Position numbers and translations under genes: made by a program. From Felis catus (lineage: Eukaryota), in assembly GCF_018350175.1 (NCBI RefSeq), contig NC_058368.1:85128001-85192000 (forward strand): 64,000 bases of DNA, given 5' to 3'. The notes beneath the pieces are model-generated. The model saw only the letters and a list, made by a program, of their open reading frames with translations. It was not told the DNA's origin and did not search any database. Of the stretch, positions 39,505 to 51,613 are shown piece by piece; positions within the stretch are counted from its first letter, which is position 1, and the number at the start of each line of letters is the position of its first letter.

Positions 39505-40436
39505 CTCAGGCACTTTTATAGATATTGAAAATACAGTAATAAATAATAAAAGATGAAAATCCTTTCTCTGGTGTGATTTGTCTCATATGCAACTAAGTAA
39601 AACATACTTATTCAGCAATAGAGATACACAAATAAATGGGGAAGTTATTATATGTGCTTAAGAAATATCATTTCCTCTAAGAAAGATAATTCATCACTTG
39701 ATTTCAATACTGTGATACATATTAAAATAATAGATTACAACATTTGATGCTGAATTCAAATGATGTGAATTATTTACAGAAGATGAAGTGAGCCTTATTT
39801 TAGGGTAATTGAGAATAATGGGGGAGATTACTGCCAGGGAGTCTGTACCTCTTCTGGTCAGCAAGCCAGCCCATTACCGTAAAGCTGTTTTTACTTCAGA
39901 ATTCATGCTCAAACCCATACAGGTCTGAATTATATCTCCAGGTTATATTCATGGTAATAAAAATAATATTAATGGTTATTTTTGAAAGAACCAATCTACA
40001 GCTTCCTCCAGTAGCCAGTAGTGCCTCAAGCACAATGTATGGTTCCAGAAATGTCCTGGGAGTTTAAACAGAAATGATAGCGTTCTGAGAAGATACACAC
40101 ACATTGAAAAGATTACTACTATTAATTTACTGACAGTCAAGATGTGTAGTCAAAGATACATGGGGAATACAGGATGTGATGAATTCAATAGTTGGAAATC
40201 AGAATTCATAGGTTAAAAATTATCTTGAAATGAATGGCTAATTAAATGCAGATGACTCCAGAGCTTTACATCTTCATTTGTATCCCAGCTACTGAAGCAT
40301 ATAGAAAACATTGATACACCCTTATTAGATCAGACAAAGACGGGATATCTTCATAAAGTGTATACTTTAATAAAATTATTCCATCCAACAATGTTCTTTT
40401 AAAATCACATATTTCTTACAAGAAACACTTTAGCTA

Positions 40437-40587
40437 GTGGCACCTATTTGGTTCAGTCATTTAAGTAGCCAACTTTGGCTCAGTCATAATCTAATGCTTC
40501 ATGGGTTCAAGTCCCACATTGAGTTCTGTGCTGACTGCTCGAGCCTGGAGCCTACTTCAGATTCCATGTGTGTCTCTCCCCACCCCT

Positions 40588-40626
<39 letters not shown>

Positions 40627-40655
40627 AAGAAAAAAAGGTAAAAAATATTTAAAAT
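40437..40655 (+). mobile_element. Can-SINE (diverged)
   Basis: SINE body, (CT)n and A-rich tail; diverged TSD ending TAGCTA. Confidence 0.85.
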
Positions 40656-40848
40656 GAGAGACAGGCTAGCTATTTTGAAATAAATAAGTCATGTAACAGG
40701 AATGGATCTTCATTTATATTCAAATGAGTACTTTTACCTATTTCTTCATATGTAATTAAGATATTTTGACTGATTATTCAAATGTAATCTCCCTGTTATC
40801 ATGAAAGTTTCAGGTCCCTATTACACTTTAAGAAAGATCTCATTGTGT

Positions 40849-41642
40849 AAAAGAATGAAACTGGACTACTTCCTTACGCTGTACACAAAAATAATTCAAA
40901 ATGGATGAAATACCTAAATGTGGGACAGGAAACATTTTCAATGCTAGAGAACACAAGTAGTAATCTCTTTGACATAGCCTTAGCCACTTCTTACTAGATA
41001 TGTCTTCTGAGGCAAGGGAAACAGAAGCAAAAATGAACTGTTGGGACTTCATCAAGATAAAAATTACTTCTGAACAGCAATAGAAACAATCAACAAAACT
41101 AAAAGGCAACTAATGGAATGGGAGAAGATATTTGCAAATGACATATCAGATAAAGGGATAGTATCCAAAATATATAAAGAATTTATAAAACTTAACACTC
41201 CCAAAACAAATAACCCAGCTAAGAAATGAGCAGAAGACATGAACAGACATTTTTTTTCCCCAAAGCAGACATATAGATGGCTACCAGATACATGAAAACA
41301 TCATCATCAGAGAAATACAAATCAAAACTACAATGAGATACGACCTCACACTTGTCAGAATGGCTAAATTAACAACACTGAAAATAACAGATGTTGGGAG
41401 GATGCAGAAAAAGGAGAACCCAGGGATTGAGGGAATGCAAACTGATGCAGCCACTCTGGAGAACAGTATGGAGTTTCCTCTAAAAATAGAACTACCCTAT
41501 GACCCCATAATTCTACTACTAGGTATTTACCCAAAGAATACAAAAATACTAATTCAAGGAGATACATGTACTCCGTGTTTCTAGCAGTGTTAACTATGAA
41601 AACAGCCCAAGTGTCCATTGACTGATGAATGGATAAAAAAAG

Positions 41643-41679
<37 letters not shown>

Positions 41680-42198
41680 ATGAAATATTATATAATATAT
41701 ATATATGGAATATATATATAATATATAATGGAATATTGCTCAGCCATTAAAAAGAATGGCTTAATGAAAGCCATTAAAAATCTTTCCATTTCCAACAACA
41801 TTGATTGAGCTAGTGAATATTATGCTAAATGAAATAAATCATTAATAGAAACACAAATATTATATTATTTCACTCATATGTGGGATTTAAGAAAAAAATC
41901 AAATGAATATAGGAAGAAAAACTGAGACAGGCAAACCATGCAACAGACTCTTAACTATAGCGAAGAAACTGAGAGTGGAGGGCAGGTGGGTGGGGAGATG
42001 GGTTAAATAAATGGGTGATACGTATTAAGGAGGGCACTTGTGATGAACACTGGATGTTGTATATAACTGATGAATAATTAAATTCTACTCCTGAAACTAA
42101 TATCACACTGTATATTAACTAACAGGAACATGAATAAAAAATTGAAAACACAAAAATAAAATAAGAGTTGAATAATTGTGGTCATGTTAAAAAAAATG
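40849..42198 (+). mobile_element. 5'-truncated LINE-1 with an internal (AT)n expansion
   Basis: ORF2 C-terminal sequence and 3' UTR; TSD AAGATCTC(A)TTGTGT at 40834 and 42199. Confidence 0.9.
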
Positions 42199-42462
42199 AA
42201 GATCTCTTGTGTGGAAAAAAAAATGTGGTCTTGACTTGAATAGATTCATTTCCAATGATCCTGAAAAGTAAAATAAATAAACCCCTCTGATAGTTTCCTG
42301 CTTGCTATCCCTCTTCTGCCTATTCACCAGGGGCTTTTAAATTCTTGTGAGTTCCATTGCCCCAGCATCTGTGGCATAGAAATAGGAGCATAATGGCTGC
42401 AGATTATAACTTAAGTAGAGGCCTGAGAAGATCTGTCTGTAACTTAAATTAAAACTTAATTA

Positions 42463-42860
42463 TCTGGGCCATCTGGCTCCATTAGTTAAGCATCTGATTT
42501 CATTTCAGGTCATGATCTTATAGTTCCTGGGTTCAAGTCCCGTATTGGGCTTTGTGCTTTAGTGATAGCCTCCTTCTCTCTATGCCTTTCCTCCAACCCT
42601 CCATCTCAAACATAGATAAACAGGGGCGCCTGGGTGGCGCAGTCGGTTAAGCGTCCGACTTCAGCCAGGTCACGATCTCGCGGTCCGTGAGTTCGAGCCC
42701 CGCGTCAGGCTCTCCAGGCTCAGAGCCTGGAGCCTGTTTCCGATTCTGTGTCTCCCTCTCTCTCTGCCCCTCCCCCGTTCATGCTCTGTCTCTCTCTGCC
42801 CCAAAAATAAATAAACGTTGAAAAAAAATTAAAAAAAAAACATAGATAAACATTTAAAAT
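42463..42860 (+). mobile_element. Old Can-SINE with a young felid Can-SINE (42623-42837) inserted in its tail
   Basis: Young copy GGGGCGCCTGGGTGGCGCAGTCGGTTAAGCG...; 15-bp TSD AAACATAGATAAACA (42608-42622 and 42838-42852). Confidence 0.93.
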
Positions 42861-43023
42861 AAACTTAATTACCCAATGACATATATAATTTAAAAGTAAT
42901 ATATCAAAACTCAAGTCAAAATAAATTCACCACCTTAATAAGGGAATTTATTTGTATTAAATTCAAATACACACTAATATCTATAAAGAAAAAAATCATA
43001 AATTGGTAACATAAGGTGAGAAT

Positions 43024-43228
43024 TTTTTTAATGTTTATTTTTTCGTTTATTTGGAGAGAGAGACAGAGAGAGAGCACTAGTGGGGAAGGGGCAAAGAGAG
43101 AAAATCCCAAGCAGGCTCCACACTGTCAGCAAAGATCCCCACTCAGGGCTTAATCCCATCAACCATGAGATCATGAGCTGAGCCCAAAGCAAGAATCAGA
43201 TTCGTAACTGAGTCACCCAGGCACCTGA
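43024..43228 (-). mobile_element. Can-SINE
   Basis: TSD AAGGTGAGAAT (43013-43023 and 43232-43242). Confidence 0.9.
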
Positions 43229-43606
43229 CAGAAGGTGAGAATCTATCACAATCAGAGCCATCTAGATTTCAAATCTGGCGGTTATATAGGAATTTGGTTT
43301 TGGAATAATTGAAATAACAGGAAAATGGGGAGAAAAAAGACGGCTTTAAGAATGTATATATGTGTATGTATGTATGTATGTATGCAGAAATGTTTATATG
43401 TACTTTTGGTTCTATTAATTATCTACAAAGATTTTGAGAATCTACTTGAATACTGGACCTATTGGTTCAGAATATATGTAGAATAGATATGTAGAAAGAT
43501 ATGTTCACATGTTTCTCCCTTATGTAAAATTTTAAATATTCACATAATTACATCAAATGAATGATTTTGTTGTCAAGTATGTAAATCATTAAATTCTACA
43601 AAAACA

Positions 43607-44566
43607 TCATTGTTGAGGTTTTAAATTTATTAGCATACTTATATACTTACTGGAGGCATCTTTCAGGGATTCTTTGACTTTTTTATTTCGAAGGCTGTAG
43701 ATGAAAGGGTTCAACATCGGCGTTACAATGGTGTTCAGCACTGTGGCAAATTTGTTAAGATCCATCACATCACCCTTTTTTGGGCGGACGTAAATAAAGA
43801 TGGAGCTTCCATAATAAAGTGTCACAACAGTGATGTGTGAAACACAAGTGGAGAAAGCTTTCTGCCGTCCCTGGTCAAAAGGAATTCTAAGGATAGCAAT
43901 AATAATGTACATGTAAGACACTCCTGTGAAGAGCAAGGAGCCCAAGAGCAACACAGCAGAGGAGATAAAGTCAGCCAGCTCAGCCAGAGCGATATCTGCA
44001 CAGACCAGCTTTAGCACAGGGCCACTGTCACAAAAGAAGTGATTGATAATATTTGGTCCACAAAAGGGCAGAGGAGCAGTTAAGATTGATGGTGCTAAAA
44101 TTGACAAAAATGCACCTAAATAGGATCCCAGAAGCAACAATATGCATGTCTGTTTGTTCATGATGATGGCATACCTCAATGGGTTGCAGATGGCAATGTA
44201 TCGATCATATGACATGACGACCAGGATGAAGAATTCCGTGGATCCCAAGAGGAAGTAAAAGAAAGATTGCGTGAGACATCCCATAAAGGATATTGCTTTG
44301 GTGAGGGAAAATGTGTTTGCTAGCATCTTAGGCACCACTGTGGAGGTGATGGCGACTTCAAGGAAGGAAAGATTGGCTACAAAGAAATACATGGGTGAAT
44401 GCAGACGGTAGTCACCACAAACCAAAAGGATGATCATGGTGTTGCCAATCAGAGACGTCATATACATGAGCAAGAATGCAGAAAAAAGAAGAATTTCTAC
44501 TTCCTTCTCATTCTGAAACCCCAGAAGAATAAACTCAGTGACTGCGGTCTTGTTTCTATAATCCAT
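43607..44566 (-). CDS. Olfactory receptor, class II, family 6-like, 319 aa, apparently intact
   Basis: NKT glycosylation site, EFILLGF, LHSPMYFF, MSYDRYIAICNPLRY, NHFFCD, KAFSTCVSH, PMLNPFIYSLRN. Confidence 0.97.
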   Translation of the reverse strand: MDYRNKTAVTEFILLGFQNEKEVEILLFSAFLLMYMTSLIGNTMIILLVCGDYRLHSPMYFFVANLSFLEVAITSTVVPKMLANTFSLTKAISFMGCLTQSFFYFLLGSTEFFILVVMSYDRYIAICNPLRYAIIMNKQTCILLLLGSYLGAFLSILAPSILTAPLPFCGPNIINHFFCDSGPVLKLVCADIALAELADFISSAVLLLGSLLFTGVSYMYIIIAILRIPFDQGRQKAFSTCVSHITVVTLYYGSSIFIYVRPKKGDVMDLNKFATVLNTIVTPMLNPFIYSLRNKKVKESLKDASSKYISMLINLKPQQ

Positions 44567-46151
44567 AATGTTCCCAGTTTAACCTGGAATAGTAGAAAGT
44601 TCTTGAATAATTAATATTTGCATCTTAACCCTGAATGTGCCCTGTCAGTATTCATTAACTCTTTGCTGTTATTGTTGTTGCCAAGGAGGGATTAATGCAC
44701 ACAGATAATTTTATTTTCAATGTATAAATATCTACTGAGACAAATTCTACAAGATTTAAGTGCTTAGTTGCTACTTTCACTTATTACAGCAGAATCAATT
44801 CCACATTAAGATTGTAACAATTATGCTTTGGGAAAATGTTGGAGACTCCTTTAAGTGTAGGGAAGCTAAAAGTGGATTCAAGTAATGTGAAACAGATTCT
44901 TAGATATCTCCCCTTTAAGATAGATCTCTTATTGTGTCCTTAATCCATTAAGGATATAATGGTGTTTTTTGAGGTGGTAACAGAGTTGCAGTAAAATTTA
45001 ATTCTATACATTTTTTCATGTAAAAGAACACATTTTTGAGCTAAGTGTGGTCTTTTATAGGTGGAATGAAATAATTTAAAAATAACTGAACACAATTACA
45101 TAATAGAAATATTTTTAAAAATGTTCATGACTCCTGCTTACTGGCTCCAACCTCTGCATGATCAGATCAGTTTCTAACAATATGAAATAAACTTTAGGTA
45201 ATCTTTGTAAGATAGCAGGCTCCAGAGTAAGAGAGATTATCACAGGTCTTACAAGGGTAAGGGAAAGGCTGAAATATGACTCAATTTATCACAATTTACT
45301 ATTTATCTTGGCATTCAGGCAGAGAAACCATATGTTTAACAAGCAGTTTGGAAATATTAAACATCTGAATTTTGACTAGCTGAGAGAAGTGGATTCTACA
45401 AAAGATAGCTTACTTCATGCTAGAATTTCTGGACCATAAATATACATACAAACAGGACACAGTGCAGAGAAGGGACTTTTTACTCACTAAAGTTGATTAT
45501 TTGGGAATATGTATATTGCACCCTATATCTAGGTGATTGAAAACAAAAAGCACAGGATAAGTGCAAAGAGATATTTCATATCCCATATTGTAATGTACAT
45601 AAAAGTTTGATATTTGGTGATGTTTGAGAGATAATTTTAAAACGAGTGACATTTAATTATTAATTTTTGTATGTAGATTGGTGGGTAAGGCTTGGCAAGT
45701 TGAGTTAAAATTTGTCAGTTATATAGAGATTCACTGGTAGAAGTGAGACAATATTCTGGGCCTTCTGACTTAAGTTTGTTGTTTTTTCTGGATCAAAATA
45801 TTTATTCCTTCTTTCATTCATTTCATTATCATACATTTAATGGACGAGGGACACTAATGAATTTCTGACATATGAAATTAGAACTGAAAATGTTAAAGGC
45901 AATTATTTTGGAACAACGTTGGTGTTTTCTCTGTGATTCCTTAAAATAATCTTTCAGAATTTTAATAAATTAATTATCAAGACATGAAATGTTTAATATG
46001 GTGACATTGTGTGAAGAGTTTTAATCAGGCTTTTGGCCTATTATCATGGCAAATAAATAAATGTTATACATTTGGAGAAGGGAAAGATGATTTTGGATTA
46101 AAGGGTATTACTGGGCGATACTCTTTCTGTACTTAAATAAAAGGGTGGTTT

Positions 46152-46520
46152 CAGTTTCTCAAGTTCCACATATGAGTGAAAATATATAATATCTGACTGA
46201 CTTATTTTACTTAACATAATAGCCTCCAGTTCCATCCATGTTGCTGCAAGAGGCAGGATTTGGAAAGAAAAGGAAAAAAAAATAGTTACAAATGGAGAGG
46301 GAGGGAGGCAAACCATAAGAGACTCTTCAATACATATAACAAACGGAGGGTTGATGGGGGGAGGGGTGGGAGGGAGGGGAAATGGGTGATGGGCATTGAG
46401 GAGGGCACTTTTTGGAATGGGCACTAGGTGTTGTATGTAAGCTATGAATCATGAGAATCTACCCCCAAAGCCAAGAGGACACTCTATACACTGTATGTTA
46501 GCCAATATGACAATATATAA
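46152..46520 (+). mobile_element. Short LINE-1 3' end with an inverted 5' part (46152-46260 antisense)
   Basis: Antisense block (ILPLAATWMELEAIMLS on the minus strand) abuts the sense 3' UTR. Confidence 0.85.
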
Positions 46521-46526
46521 TTTTTG

Positions 46527-46731
46527 TATATAATTTTTGACTACCTAAAAAGCCAATTGATAATAGCCTACTCTTGACAGGAAGCCTTGCTGATAACATA
46601 AATAGTCAATTAACATGTTCTGTATGGTGTAAATATTGTACACTGTATTCTTAAAGCAAGCTAGAGAAGAGAAAATACCATTAAAACATCATAAGACAAA
46701 ATTGTTTACAGTAGTTCAAGGGTCAACTCTG
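46527..46731 (-). mobile_element. Tigger2a-type (TcMar-Tigger) DNA transposon remnant
   Basis: TAATAGCCTACTCTTGACAGGAAGCCTT...AAGCTAGAGAAGAGAAAAT and terminal TTCAAGGGTCAACT match the Tigger2a consensus as I recall it. Confidence 0.8.
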
Positions 46732-47039
46732 TTGTAAGATCTCTACTTACCTGCTGAAGTATGCTTCAGAGTTTGTATTAATGTTTATGCTCATCTTTTC
46801 AAAACTGAACAAAGTGTCCCCCTTCATACAAATGCATGGTTTGGATGAGATCCATAGTTGGAATCATTTCTATGGATTAGTAGTTGTTTTTGTTGCTTTT
46901 TTTTCCTGACAGTCTCAGAAGTTTGGGAAACAAAAGAGGGAAGAATACACTCATGACTACAGAATAGTTTATTATAGCTTTGTCTGGGAATTATGGGTCT
47001 TCTCCCCTTGCCTTTTAGGAAAGACAATCAAGACTATGA

Positions 47040-47185
47040 AATTTCTAGGATCATATCCCTAAGTCATTGCAATTTGGAAAGAGGATTTAAATCTGAGTTC
47101 ATCATTACTTCTTCCCTGGAGGCAGGGCTTCCAGGATAAGTGGTCTACAGGGGAAAAAAATTATAAAAACAACTATCATTAAACA
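47040..47185 (-). promoter_or_regulatory. Candidate OR promoter (homeodomain plus O/E-like sites)
   Basis: TCATTA (TAATGA on minus) at 47102-47107, directly followed by TTCCCTGGAGG at 47112-47122; second TCATTA near 47176; about 350 bp upstream of the donor at 46750. Confidence 0.4.
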
Positions 47186-47325
47186 AGAAGTAAAAAGTTT
47201 CCCAAGTTTAACAAGTGAAAAAAACAACTCCCATAAATTATGTACCCCACACCAGAAAAGGAAATAGCAACTTCCATAGATGCATTTCAGACTATAATCA
47301 ATTATTAAAAGTGTCCAGTGTAATT

Positions 47326-47558
47326 TGGGGAGCCTGGTTGGTTCAGTTGGTTAAGAATCTGACTTTTGATTTAGGCCGAGGTTATGATCTCATGGTTTGT
47401 GAGACTGTCGTGTCAGGTTCCTAGCACAGATCTTGCTTGAGGTTCTTTGTCCCTCTCTTTGGTCTGCCTCTCCCCCTCTGCCCCTCCCTCACCTGCATGC
47501 CCAGGTGCACACACTCTCTCTCTCTTTCTCTTAAAATAAATGAATAAACATTAAAAAA
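47326..47558 (+). mobile_element. Can-SINE (older copy)
   Basis: GGGGAGCCTGGTTGGTTCAG head; diverged TSD TAAAAGTGT...GTAATTT. Confidence 0.88.
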
Positions 47559-47607
47559 TAAAAGTGTACAAAGTAATTTATTGTTATTGAGTTAGGAAAC
47601 AAATTGT

Positions 47608-47812
47608 CTTTTTTTGATGTGTATTTATTTTTGAGAGAGAGAGAGAGAAAGTGGGAGATGGGCAAAGAGAGAGGGAGACACAGAATCCAAAGCAGGCTCC
47701 AGGCTCTGAGCTGTCAGCACAGAGCCTGACAACAGGTAAAATTCATGAACAGTGAGATCATGACCTGAGATGAAGTCATACGCTTAACAGACTGAACCAC
47801 CCAGGCACCCCC
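47608..47812 (-). mobile_element. Can-SINE
   Basis: SINE body ending CCACCCAGGCACCCCC. Confidence 0.9.
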
Positions 47813-49574
47813 AAGATGTCATTTTTAATGTCATTACCATAATTGCATGAGGATTTATATTTTTTAATACTTATGTGCTAAGCACTCTGTTAACATTTTT
47901 CTGTAAATTTACTCTCTTGCTCTTAAAAAAATAATGTGAGAAAGGTGATATTATTACTCTCATTTGTGGTATTTATTTTATATGGTTAATATAAGACAAA
48001 TCATATAAAGTGATGAAATGCTTTAAATCTTGAATTTCTACATTAAAATTATTATTTTAAGGTAAGTTACTGAAACTTATTGAGTACTTATGCATATTCT
48101 GAGTTACTGAGACTTAATATAGGATGCCTACAATCAGAAGCTTATAATTTAGAAAGACAGAAATGTGTAGAAAACCATTTTTACAAATGTTGTTTTTTTT
48201 GCATATTTGGTAAAGAAAATATACTTTTATATTTTTTAAGAAATGTTTGAATAATTTTTCTCTAACATATTCTATTATGACAAGTTATCTTTCATACAGA
48301 TAAAAAATATCTGGTTATATATATATATATAAAAAGAGAAGCTATACATATAAATTGCCTAATTAATAGACCTATGGTTTCTATTCATGCAGACATATGC
48401 TAACTCAGATAAAACCCCAGGGTAACCTGTTCTTGTTTTGGGTGTTCAATAATCTATTCTCAAATAATTGGCTTCATTTTAGTCTCTAGGATGAATTATA
48501 TACTTTTGGTAGTCTTTCATAGTATTTTTCTTTCCCTTCTAGCCATTGTTTTCTGCTTCATTTCCCTCACCACCTCTGTTGGACGTTATTTAGTTCTTTA
48601 TATATCTTTATATATTTTAAGTTATAGTTAACACATCTACTTTCTCTTTGCTTGGAATTTCCTCACCACATTCTACCACATTTACCGGTTTAAAGCCTTA
48701 CATGATCTGAATAAATCATTTCTTCTATAGACATAACCAGATTCTTAGTTACAGTAGTGTATGTGTGAATCCATTATTCTTTTATTGTATTGGTAAAGTC
48801 ATAAATTTTTGCACTACTTTGTAATATCAGTTTCCCCAAATAACCTAAATAGTAATGACACCTGAAACTATGTTCGTGCTATTAATGTTGCATCTAAAAT
48901 ATTAAGCTTATTTTCTGCAAAGTCACCTCAGTAAAGATAATATGAATGGATTAATGAATATATGGGTGAATGATGTGAGAAAAATAGTATATTGGGGAAA
49001 GAAACCTAACACTATTGCAGTTTTTGGTGTTTAAGGAAAAGCCAAGTGTGTACTTAAGAGAATAAATACATTTGGAATTTATGTCATCTAGAAGGGCCAG
49101 AGTTCAAGGTCTTTAAATTTATGGACAAAAACTAGATTACTAAGTGGAGAAGGTGGCAGAGGAGATGAAAGACTTCAGAGGAAAAAAAATGGTGTTTGAT
49201 ATAAAAAATATAAAGAAAATCTTTTCAAAGTATCAGTGTCATAAATGTGTAAAATATTGGGAAGTTTGGGAAATATGCAAGTATGATGTCATCACTTACC
49301 ATTTCTACAGTAGACCTAAAGAAGTATTGATTAAAAAAATAATTCCCCTATAAGATACTGAAAAGTGTTTAAATGCATAAAATCCTTAAGATTACACTTT
49401 AGTAATTAGGATGTGAATGAAAACTATAAACTAACAGAATTTAGTAACTAGAAAACAGAGAGAGAAAAATGGAGAAAGGATTTTTATCTGTGTTTCATTT
49501 TCATTGTGTTGAAGATACCTAGTTATGCATTCATATTCAGTATGATTGTGAGTAGTAGCAAACAGTTTGAAATT

Positions 49575-50472
49575 GTAAGAACAACTTTTCACACCAAAAA
49601 ACAAATAATCTAGTTAAAATAGGCAGAAGACATGGATAGACATTTTCCATAGAAGATATACAGCTGGCTAACAGACATATGAAAAGATGCTCAACATCAC
49701 TCACCATCAGTGAAATACAAATCAAAACTATGATGAGATACCACCTCACATCTGTCAGAATGGCTAAAATTAACAGCAGAGAAACAACAAATGTTGGCGA
49801 GGATGCAGAGTTAGGGGAACCCTCTTAACACTGTTGGTGGGAATACAAACTGGTGCAGCCACTCTGGAAAACAGTATGAAGTCTTCTCAAAAAGTTAGAA
49901 AAATAACTATCCTATGACCCAGAAATTTCAGTGCTAGGTATTCACCCAAAAGATACAAAAATACATATACCTCAAGGATTATAGTAGCATCATTGACTAC
50001 AGCCAAATTATGGAAAGAGCCAAAATGTACATACTAATGAACAGAGATATAAAATCTTACCATTTGCAATGACTTTGGCAGAGCTAAACTGTATTATGCT
50101 GAGTGAAATAAGTCAGAGAAAGATAAATACCATATGATTTTACCCTCATATGTGGACTTTAAGAAAGCAAACAGATGAGATGTGGGTGGGGAGAGAGAGA
50201 GGCAAACCATAGAAGAAATTGGGTGTTGTATGGAAACCAATTTGACAATAAATTAAAAAAGAAAAAGACAATTCTTAACTATAGAAAACAAACTGAGGGT
50301 TGTTGGAAGGAAGTTGGTGGGTGATGGGCTAGGTGGGAGATGGGTATTAAGGAGGGCATTTGTGATGAGCACTGGATGTTGTATGTAAGCGATCAATCAC
50401 TAAATTCTACCCCTGACTCCAATGTTACACTATACATCAACCAACTATAATTAAAAAAAAAACTGAAAAAAA
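49575..50472 (+). mobile_element. 5'-truncated LINE-1 3' fragment
   Basis: ATGAAAAGATGCTCAACATCACTC through 3' UTR and A tail. Confidence 0.9.
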
Positions 50473-50509
50473 CAGCATTTCACCAATTAAATCATTCATT
50501 ATGGCAATT

Positions 50510-51440
50510 ATATCAGAAAGATGGCAGAATAAGAGATTATGGTCTCCATTCCCTCATAAATATCAACACTCAGGTAGCCATCCACAAATAAAAGTGGTTC
50601 TAAGAAAGCTCAGGAGTCCACTCAAAAAACTTCAGCAGTACAGTAGAATGAATAAACAAACAAACAAACAAACCTTGAGAAAAACTGCAGAGAAATTGTA
50701 GGAAGAAGTTTTATTTTGCCAGCATCTTCCTATACTCCAAGCCAGTACTGTGCAGTGCCAAGAGGAAACTTCTTGAAAGCAGGAGGGATAAAATGATCAT
50801 ATTTTCCAGCCTTTCAGGGAACTCCGGGAATTACTCATGTCAGTTTCAAACATGGAGAGACTAGAAAAGCTGAGACATCTAAAAGTGAATAGAAACAAGG
50901 AAAAAGAGCAGGGGTTACCAGTATCAGTCATGCAGTGGGAGCAACTGGTTGCCACTGGTCTGCTCTGTATATGACCCTAGCAGCCTTCCCCACTAAGGAC
51001 CTCAGTAGCCCTTGTAGATACTGCAGATTCTCATGCCAAGCTTTCATTACTGATGCACTTGTCATAGATCCCAGGCAGTATACCCCAAAAGCTTCTGCTG
51101 ATGAGGATACCAATGACCAACACAGCCACTACAGACACTCTATACATGTTGAGGCTGTGATTTTTTCCCCATGGATTTTTGTGTTTGCAGACATCAGTTG
51201 CTTAAGTTTCTTTCCATGCCCTCCTCTTCTCCTCTTGCATTTGCATTCACAATTATAATAAAAAGGATCATAAGAGATTAGTATGAACAATTATGCACAA
51301 ATTTGCATACAAAAATTTATAGAATCCTAGAAATATGCAGCCAACAACACTTAATCTTGAAGAAATAGAAAAGTTGAACACATAAATAATGAGTAAGGAT
51401 ATAAAATCAGTAGGCAAAAGTTTTCCAACAAAGGAAAGCT
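50510..51440 (+). mobile_element. Old LINE-1 5' UTR piece joined to an ORF2 piece
   Basis: AAGATGGCAGAATAAG start motif typical of L1 5' ends; 51255-51440 is degenerate ORF2. Confidence 0.6.
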
Positions 51441-51447
51441 TTCACTC

Positions 51448-51452
51448 AGAGG

Positions 51453-51488
<36 letters not shown>

Positions 51489-51613
51489 CAAGCAGGTTCC
51501 ATACTGTCAGCACAGGGCCTGCAGAGACACTGAAACTCACGAACCATGAGATCATGACCTGAGCCAAAATCAAGAGTCTGAGGCTTAACCCACTGAGCCA
51601 CACAAGCATCCCC
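51448..51613 (-). mobile_element. Can-SINE lacking its A tail
   Basis: GA tract and SINE body; no T-rich tail at the left end. Confidence 0.85.

Larger units (their letters stand above)
44584..46750 (-). other. Candidate 5' UTR intron of the minus-strand OR
   Basis: Minus-strand consensus donor CAG|GTAAGT (46753-46745) and acceptor CTTTCTACTATTCCAG|G (44584), 17 nt before the ATG. OR genes typically have non-coding upstream exons. Pairing of the two sites is inferred. Confidence 0.55.

Noticed and set aside
39800..40150. Unique sequence with O/E-like words (GCCAGGGAG, TCCTGGGAG)
   Set aside because: Scattered short motifs with no tight homeodomain pairing; not distinguishable from chance by eye.
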